A stretch of 64,000 bases of DNA from an uncultured Allomuricauda sp. (GTDB lineage Bacteria; Bacteroidota; Bacteroidia; Flavobacteriales; Flavobacteriaceae): the NCBI GenBank assembly GCA_947495325.1, contig CANLYK010000005.1:79894-143893 (forward strand), in the 5' to 3' direction. Both the position numbers and the translations under genes were made by a program. Positions 57,996-64,000 of the stretch are shown piece by piece. The notes under the pieces are model-generated. The model saw only the letters and a program-made list of their open reading frames with translations, was not told the origin of the DNA and ran no database searches. Each line of letters begins with the position of its first letter. The first letter of the stretch is position 1.

Positions 57996-60900
57996 ATGAA
58001 GCTAAAGAAGTTATTTTTTATTCTTTTCTTGGTCGTAACGGGTCAAGCGATAGGGCAATTGGTTACGGGAACGGTTACTGCTGATGGGCCCTTGCCCGGA
58101 GCATCTGTTTTTGTAAAGGGGACTCAAATAGGAGTGGTAACCGATTTTGATGGCAAGTACACACTTGATAAGGTAGAAAACGGGAATATTTTAGTGTTTT
58201 CGTACATAGGTTACAAAGCCAGAGAAGTCACTTATACGGGTCAAAAAGAAATAAATGTTGAACTTATTGAAGACTTGGTCAGTCTTGATGAGGTGGTTAT
58301 TGTAACCTATGGAACTCAGAGAAACACACCTGTTTCCGTAGTGAAAGCTGAAGCCTTGAGCGAGTTTCCAACCACAGACATTGGTCAGGCTTTACAGGGT
58401 AGAGCTGCTGGTGTCAATATTACAAATGGGGGTTCTCCAGGGTCGCAAACTTTAGTACAGATTCGTGGTGTTAACACGTTTGGTGATGGTACCCCACTTT
58501 ATGTGGTAGATGGAGTCTTTACCAATAGTATCAACAGTATTGATTTAGGAAATATCGAAAAGATTGACGTATTAAAAGATGCTGCTTCCCTTGCCGTTTA
58601 CGGTTCAAGAGGTACAAATGGTGTTATTCTCATCTCCACAAAGAAGGGTAGAGAGGGCAAAGCTTCCTTTAAAGTGGAAGCATCTTCAGGAATTCAGCAA
58701 TTTAACAGGAGGTATGATCTTCTAAATACGGAACAGTACATTCAGTTTTTAAGAGAAGTTAATGCATTGGCGGGTCAAAATGGCGGACCTGACTTTCCCG
58801 TGGAGAGGATTAATGAAAATCCTCTGTTTGATGGTAATGGTGTGGATACGAATTGGCAAGATGCTTATTTTCAAACGGCACCTATGTATAATATTAACGG
58901 TAATGTAAATGGCGGAAGTGAAAGAGCGAAGTTTAATTTAGGTTTTTCCCATCTAGACCAGGAGGGTGTATTTATAGAAACAGGTTTTACACGTACAACG
59001 TTAAATGTAAACACAGATGCCAATATTTCCAATTGGCTGGATATAGGACAAACACTTTCTTTAGCCCACAGTAGAACGAGATTCCCAGAGCGCGAAGGGG
59101 GTAGGGATCCATTGCAAAATATTATAGGTCAGGCTCCTTATGTTCCAATAATTACGGAGAACGGTCTTTTCGGAGGGACTAATTCAAGTGATTTGAACGA
59201 TTCAAGAAATCAAATCAGAATACAGGATAATCAAGATAACCTAACAAGATTTTCTTCTGCTATTGGAAGTATTTATGCAAAATTCAAATTGGCCAAAGGA
59301 CTTTCATTTAGATCTCAATATGGACTAGATGCCAATTTATTGCTTCAAGATAATCAAATAAGGGCATATGCGGAAGATGGAGGTAGGTTTGCAAATGCAA
59401 CCAATTTTATCAGTAAAACAAGACAAACGGTAACCCAACAGGTTTTTACCAATACCTTGGCTTTTGATAGGGATTTTGACAAACACTCTATCAATTTATC
59501 TGCTGTAGTTGAACAAGCGCAGATACGTTTGGAATCTACATCTATTTCGGATAACAATGAACTATCTTCAGAAATACCCGAAGCTTTTTCCCCGAATGCG
59601 AGAGCTACTTCATTCTCTGTTCCAGAAAATCTTAATTCCATTCTTTTCCTTGGTGGTTACGAGTTTGATAACCGATACTCCATAAGCGGTTCAGGAAGAC
59701 GTGATACTTCATCAAGATTTGCACCTGAAAATGCATCGGAATGGTTTTTTTCAGGAGCATTGGGATGGAATGTTTCCAATGAACCTTGGTTCGATGTAGA
59801 TGCCATAAATAGTTTAAAATTAAGAGCAAGTTATGGGGAAACAGGTAATAACAGAACAGGAAATTCCGTCAACCAGTTTCTACCAACACTTGGCTTAAAT
59901 CTACCTACTTCCTTAGATGATGAAACTTCATCAGGGATTAGTCCAAATAACGCTGCAAATCCCGATTTGCGGTGGGAAACACAGATCAAGCAGAACTATG
60001 GTCTAAATATGGGGCTCTTGAATGATCAGATTCAGTTTGGCGTAGATTATTTTAAAAATCGAAGTGAAGATCTTTTAATACCGGTTGAACTGCCCGCTTC
60101 GGCTGGAATTCCAGGGAACTCCAGTACAGGGTCTACGGTAATTAGAAATGTGGGAGTGGTTGAAGTAGATGGTTTGGAGTTTACTTTGGGATACAATGAC
60201 TATGAAGGTGAATTTAAATGGAGTTTTTGGGCAAATTTGACTACCTCCGAAAGTATCGTGGAGAGCCTTGGAACTTCTGGAGAACCCATAGAAAGGGCAA
60301 CATTGAACCCTCCTTTTGATTCTGCCTTGAACAGATTGGCCGTAGATGAAGCCCCCTTTCACTTTTTTGGCTTGGTAGCTGATGGCGTTTTTTCTACCCA
60401 AGAACAAATAGATGCTGAACTACCAAATAATAATACTTCAGCGGTACCTGTTCAACCTGGTGATGTAAGGTTTTTAGATATTAGCGGAGATGGCCTAATT
60501 GATTTGGAAGATAGAGCCGTTATTGGAGATCCTAATCCAGAGTTTACATATGCCATCAACCTTAAGGCGGAGTACAATGGCTGGGACTTTGATGTTTTGC
60601 TCAATGGAGTACAGGGTGTAGATGCATTTAATAGTAACATATTTTATTTGGAAGGACTGGACAATGGTCTAAACTATGGAACACGAATTATACGCAGATG
60701 GCAAAATCCAGGAGATATCACTGACATACCTCGGTTTCGGTTTGGATCTAACATTAACAATGCGGTATCTTCAAGATATGTAGAAGATGCTTCTTACCTA
60801 AGACTTAGAAATGTTACTGTTGGATACACTTTTCCAAACGCATTAATCAATAAATCTGGGAACGGTATCATAAAAAAGATGCGCTTGTATGTTCAAGGAC

Positions 60901-61052
60901 AGAACTTGCTGACATTTACCAACTATACAGGACTAGATCCTGAAATAGCTCCATTTTACAATGCACAAGGGTTGGTAGATGGCTTGGGAATCGATAGAAG
61001 TGCCCAACCAAGACCAATTACCGTGTTAAGTGGTATTCAAATAGAATTTTAG
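57996..61052 (+). CDS. susC: SusC/RagA-family TonB-dependent transporter (PUL 2)
   Basis: 1018 aa with a signal peptide, a carboxypeptidase-regulatory-like domain (VTGTVTADGPLPGASVFVKG), a plug (LDEVVIVTYGTQR, VQIRG) and a barrel ending in IQIEF. Confidence 0.93.
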   Translation: MKLKKLFFILFLVVTGQAIGQLVTGTVTADGPLPGASVFVKGTQIGVVTDFDGKYTLDKVENGNILVFSYIGYKAREVTYTGQKEINVELIEDLVSLDEVVIVTYGTQRNTPVSVVKAEALSEFPTTDIGQALQGRAAGVNITNGGSPGSQTLVQIRGVNTFGDGTPLYVVDGVFTNSINSIDLGNIEKIDVLKDAASLAVYGSRGTNGVILISTKKGREGKASFKVEASSGIQQFNRRYDLLNTEQYIQFLREVNALAGQNGGPDFPVERINENPLFDGNGVDTNWQDAYFQTAPMYNINGNVNGGSERAKFNLGFSHLDQEGVFIETGFTRTTLNVNTDANISNWLDIGQTLSLAHSRTRFPEREGGRDPLQNIIGQAPYVPIITENGLFGGTNSSDLNDSRNQIRIQDNQDNLTRFSSAIGSIYAKFKLAKGLSFRSQYGLDANLLLQDNQIRAYAEDGGRFANATNFISKTRQTVTQQVFTNTLAFDRDFDKHSINLSAVVEQAQIRLESTSISDNNELSSEIPEAFSPNARATSFSVPENLNSILFLGGYEFDNRYSISGSGRRDTSSRFAPENASEWFFSGALGWNVSNEPWFDVDAINSLKLRASYGETGNNRTGNSVNQFLPTLGLNLPTSLDDETSSGISPNNAANPDLRWETQIKQNYGLNMGLLNDQIQFGVDYFKNRSEDLLIPVELPASAGIPGNSSTGSTVIRNVGVVEVDGLEFTLGYNDYEGEFKWSFWANLTTSESIVESLGTSGEPIERATLNPPFDSALNRLAVDEAPFHFFGLVADGVFSTQEQIDAELPNNNTSAVPVQPGDVRFLDISGDGLIDLEDRAVIGDPNPEFTYAINLKAEYNGWDFDVLLNGVQGVDAFNSNIFYLEGLDNGLNYGTRIIRRWQNPGDITDIPRFRFGSNINNAVSSRYVEDASYLRLRNVTVGYTFPNALINKSGNGIIKKMRLYVQGQNLLTFTNYTGLDPEIAPFYNAQGLVDGLGIDRSAQPRPITVLSGIQIEF

Positions 61053-61071
61053 ATTGATAAAAATTGTAAAG

Positions 61072-62613
61072 ATGAAAAGAATCAGTAATTATTTTTTAAA
61101 GAGCATACCACTGTCTTTAATGTTATTGTTTGTGGCTTGCGATGATGAAGTTCCTGTTGAAAACACAAATGCTTTGAATCCCGAAATCTTTTTCGAATCC
61201 TTGGCTCAGGTGGAAGCAGCAGTTAATGCGTCATATAATCAATTCCAAGTTCTCTATCAACGTAATGGATATATTTTTCCAGATGCCATGTCAGATGAAG
61301 TCGTTTCCAGTGGCGATCCAAATTTTGCACCCTTCAATAGGTTTGAGTTAAACGCAACTCTTGGAGGTATTGCGCAGTACTGGACGGCATGTTTTAACGG
61401 TGTTGGTGCCTGTAATTTTGTGATAGGTAATGAAGAAAGGATGAGAACCAATACGGCAACAAGTGATTTCTCGCAAGCAGATGTCGATGATGCTTTGGGA
61501 CAAGCTTATTTCCTTAGGGCACTCTATTATTTCCATTTGGTAAAACGATTTGGAGGAGTACCACTGAAAACAGATTTGGCGACTGCACTTGACGATACGC
61601 CTAGAGCAACGGCTGATGCGGTTTATGGGCAAATCATAGCCGATTTACAATTATCTACCCAGCTTACTTTTCCTAAAGGAACTACAGAAGTAGGGCGAGT
61701 TACTAGGGAAGCAGCTTTTGGTTTGTTGGGCAAAGTGTATTTGCATAGGGAAATGTATACCGAAGCGCAACAGGCATTTAACAACATAAATAATCATAGT
61801 TTACTCCCTTTGGAAAATTATAGGGATAATTTTAGCGAAACTGGCGAGCATAATGATGAGTCTATGTTTGAAATAGGATATAATGGCGAAGTAGGAACGG
61901 AGTCAGAACGTTGGGCACAAACAGGAGTGGGAACGTCAGAAGTAACATTTCACTCTCAAGAATATGCGGGATGGGGGAACGCTAGACCTTCTTCCAAGGT
62001 AATTGCCGAATTTGAAGATGATGACCCTAGATTTGATATTGCCATTCTAGAGGATGGTACCAGTTATGGACCTGGAGATGCGTTTGAATTTCCTTGCCCA
62101 GGATGTGGAGGTGGCCCGGTATGGTATAAGTTTTCACAGTTGTATGATGAAGAAAGTGTTTCAGAGAATAGTAGTGTAAATGTCAGGATTATGAGATATG
62201 CAGATATTATCTTAATGCAAGCTGAAGTTGAGTTGAATTTGGGGAACAATACAGGAGCCGTAGATTTACTTAATGAAATAAGAGATCGCGCCGAGATGCC
62301 CAGATATGGAACGGCCACTATGGATGCCCGTGGTTTTCCTGTGAACACAACAGAACAAATCTTTGATGCCATTGTTCACGAAAGATTTGTTGAGCTCTGT
62401 GCGGAACAAGTGCGATTTGATGATTTGGTAAGATGGAATTTGGATGATCAAGAACTTTCAATTTTCCCAGATCAAAATTTCAATAACCCTGATGAATCCC
62501 TCAGAACAGTAAGAGTATATGATCCAACTGTCCATAGGGTAATGCCCATACCACAAAATGAAATAGACAGTAACACGGAAATTGGACAAGGAGACCAGAA
62601 TCCTGGATATTAA
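61072..62613 (+). CDS. susD: SusD/RagB-family lipoprotein (PUL 2)
   Basis: About 513 aa from the ATG at 61072 (MKRISNYF...; the ORF track uses TTG at 61054). It has lipobox LFVAC, SusD-like segments AYFLRALYYFHLVKRFGGVPL and ERFVELCAEQVRFDDLVRW, and directly follows susC. Confidence 0.9.
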   Translation: MKRISNYFLKSIPLSLMLLFVACDDEVPVENTNALNPEIFFESLAQVEAAVNASYNQFQVLYQRNGYIFPDAMSDEVVSSGDPNFAPFNRFELNATLGGIAQYWTACFNGVGACNFVIGNEERMRTNTATSDFSQADVDDALGQAYFLRALYYFHLVKRFGGVPLKTDLATALDDTPRATADAVYGQIIADLQLSTQLTFPKGTTEVGRVTREAAFGLLGKVYLHREMYTEAQQAFNNINNHSLLPLENYRDNFSETGEHNDESMFEIGYNGEVGTESERWAQTGVGTSEVTFHSQEYAGWGNARPSSKVIAEFEDDDPRFDIAILEDGTSYGPGDAFEFPCPGCGGGPVWYKFSQLYDEESVSENSSVNVRIMRYADIILMQAEVELNLGNNTGAVDLLNEIRDRAEMPRYGTATMDARGFPVNTTEQIFDAIVHERFVELCAEQVRFDDLVRWNLDDQELSIFPDQNFNNPDESLRTVRVYDPTVHRVMPIPQNEIDSNTEIGQGDQNPGY

Positions 62614-62641
62614 AAGTTGAGTTAGTTAATTTAATTTAAAT

Positions 62642-62664
62642 GGGCGAAAATTTTTTTTTCGCTC
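62642..62664 (+). terminator. Intrinsic-terminator-like hairpin after susD (PUL 2)
   Basis: GGGCGAAAA-ttttt-TTTTCGCTC is a 9-bp stem with one G-U pair, followed by ATTTATTTTTTT. It starts 29 nt after the susD stop. Confidence 0.5.
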
Positions 62665-62707
62665 ATTTATTTTTTTATTAGTGGAGTTGGATAGTACTAT
62701 TGGGATT

Positions 62708-64000
62708 ATGTATAAAATAAAAGAAAGTATGCTGATAAGATTTTTACTGACAGTTTTCAGTGTGGGTATGTTTATTGCCTGCGTCAATGCTGACCATAAA
62801 AACACTCAAACTTCTGGTAAAACTATTGAAAACAAAATTTTCACAAAACTAAAATCCAAAACCACAGGGATAACTTTTAAGAATCAACTTGTAGAAAACG
62901 ATACCCTAAACTATTTTACCTATCCCTATATATACATGGGAGGTGGGGTCTCTGCAGGGGATATCAATAATGATGGTCTCACCGATCTTTTTTTTACGGG
63001 CAATACGGTTACTAATAAACTCTACCTTAACCATGGAGACTTGGTGTTCAAGGATATTACTTTGGAATCCGGTATGGGAGGAGATGAAAGATGGTATACG
63101 GGAACAACAATGGCAGATGTCAATGGAGATGGCCTATTGGATATTTATTGTCTGGTGGCCGGTCAATCTGGAAACAAACAAAACCAACTTTTTATTAACC
63201 AGGGCAACAGTACTTTTAAGGAAATGGCAGCCGAATATGGATTAAATGATGCTGGAAATAGTGTTGATGCTACTTTTTTTGATTTTGACCAAGATGGGGA
63301 TTTGGATGTGTATGTCGCCAATTACCCTATTACCCCATTTGAATACAATAGCTTTCATTACAAAATGCGAATGGATAGGGTTACAGATTTAGAAACCGAT
63401 AATCTGTATAGAAATGACGGTGGGCATTTTACAAAAATCACAGAATCCTCAGGAGTTAAACTATATAGTCTTTCCTTAAGCGTTACGGCTTCAGACCTTA
63501 ACGAAGATGGTTGGACAGATCTGTATGTATCAAATGATTTTGGCACACCTGACTGTCTGTACATCAATCAAAAAGATGGAACCTTTAAGGACGAGATAAA
63601 AAACGCAACCGCGCATACCTCATTTTATGGAATGGGAGTAGATATTGCCGATTTTAATAACGATGGGTTTCTGGATATTGTCCAAATGGATATGGATGCC
63701 GCATCAAACCGCAGGTCAAAGGCAAATATGGCCAGTATGAACCCGGAGTTATTTGCAAATATTGAACGTGTGGGGTTTCAATACCAATACATGCAGAACA
63801 CGCTACAAATGAACACGGGTTTTGAACACCAAGGCATTCCAAAGTTTAAGGATATTTCCAGACTTGCAGGTATTTCATCCACAGATTGGAGCTGGGCCCC
63901 TTTGTTGGCCGATTTTGATAACGATGGTCATAAGGACCTATTTGTATCTAATGGCACCCGCAGGGAAATCAACAATAAAGATTACTTTGAAAATCTAAAA
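62708..64000 (+). CDS. FG-GAP/VCBS-repeat protein of the CRTAC1 / ASPIC-UnbV type, lipoprotein. 3' end lies beyond the window.
   Basis: This gene is not in the supplied ORF track because it has no stop in the window. I translated the frame starting at ATG 62708 by hand and found it open for all 431 codons to base 64000. It has lipobox MFIAC and repeated Ca-binding-like FG-GAP motifs: GDINNDGLTDLFF, ADVNGDGLLDIYC, FDFDQDGDLDVYVAN, SDLNEDGWTDLYVSND, ADFNNDGFLDIVQ, ADFDNDGHKDLFVSNG. Confidence 0.8.
   Translation, partial: MYKIKESMLIRFLLTVFSVGMFIACVNADHKNTQTSGKTIENKIFTKLKSKTTGITFKNQLVENDTLNYFTYPYIYMGGGVSAGDINNDGLTDLFFTGNTVTNKLYLNHGDLVFKDITLESGMGGDERWYTGTTMADVNGDGLLDIYCLVAGQSGNKQNQLFINQGNSTFKEMAAEYGLNDAGNSVDATFFDFDQDGDLDVYVANYPITPFEYNSFHYKMRMDRVTDLETDNLYRNDGGHFTKITESSGVKLYSLSLSVTASDLNEDGWTDLYVSNDFGTPDCLYINQKDGTFKDEIKNATAHTSFYGMGVDIADFNNDGFLDIVQMDMDAASNRRSKANMASMNPELFANIERVGFQYQYMQNTLQMNTGFEHQGIPKFKDISRLAGISSTDWSWAPLLADFDNDGHKDLFVSNGTRREINNKDYFENLK

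Noticed and set aside
62651-62659. Run of nine T that could be a slipped-strand phase-variation tract
   Set aside because: It lies in a non-coding spacer and forms the loop and 3' arm of a terminator-like hairpin. It is not positioned between -35/-10-type elements or inside a coding region.
62943-63245. 100-aa plus-strand ORF listed in the track
   Set aside because: It is out of frame with the much longer open frame 62708-64000, which encodes coherent FG-GAP repeats. The listed ORF is a by-product of that gene.
1-64000. Search by eye for rRNA, tRNA, CRISPR arrays, IS/transposase, integrase, phage or defence-system genes
   Set aside because: None was found. All spacers are 350 nt or shorter, AT-rich and without cloverleaf-like GC-rich segments or periodic repeats. 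Every large ORF has a metabolic, transport or regulatory assignment. A covariance-model scan (tRNAscan/Infernal) would be needed to exclude small RNAs.

Overview
This is a dense (roughly 95% coding), AT-rich chromosomal segment. It has the hallmarks of a marine Bacteroidota/Flavobacteriia genome: two SusC/SusD pairs, two hybrid two-component (HTCS) regulators, many lipoprotein signal peptides, and TAnnTTTG-like -7 boxes. I saw no rRNA, tRNA, CRISPR, IS element or prophage signal.

Functional blocks:
1. 1-3476: a secreted sulfatase plus DUF1080 and ThuA-like periplasmic proteins.
2. 3626-16943: an AraC regulator followed by a complete non-phosphorylative L-fucose operon (FucD, two SDRs, FAH hydrolase, lactonase, embedded GH29 fucosidase, FucP, mutarotase). 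It ends in an LldD-like L-lactate oxidising enzyme and single-chain pyruvate carboxylase.
3. 16974-41127, all minus strand: a PUL (SusC/SusD, GH115-like, divergent GH92, GH29, PLC-like phosphodiesterase, lipoprotein metallophosphoesterase, HTCS). It is followed by a eukaryote-like myo-inositol oxygenase, a Na+/solute symporter, a secreted atypical cyclase-family protein and a TRAP transporter.
4. 41478-45460: a tandem-DUF1080 lipoprotein plus two TAT-exported Gfo/Idh/MocA oxidoreductases, divergent from susC.
5. 45468-52469: a degenerate-Nudix (NrtR-like) regulator and uxuB-uxuA-uxaC with a second TRAP system.
6. 52576-64000: a CBM-like lipoprotein, a second HTCS, SusC/SusD, and an FG-GAP/CRTAC1-like gene. 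That last gene runs off the window and is missing from the supplied ORF track.

Main hypothesis: block 3 is a utilisation locus for glycosyl-inositol-phospholipid head groups (GIPC/GPI-type glycans). Its products, inositol and glucuronate, would converge on block 5.

All family calls were made by eye from remembered motifs. No database or HMM search was run.
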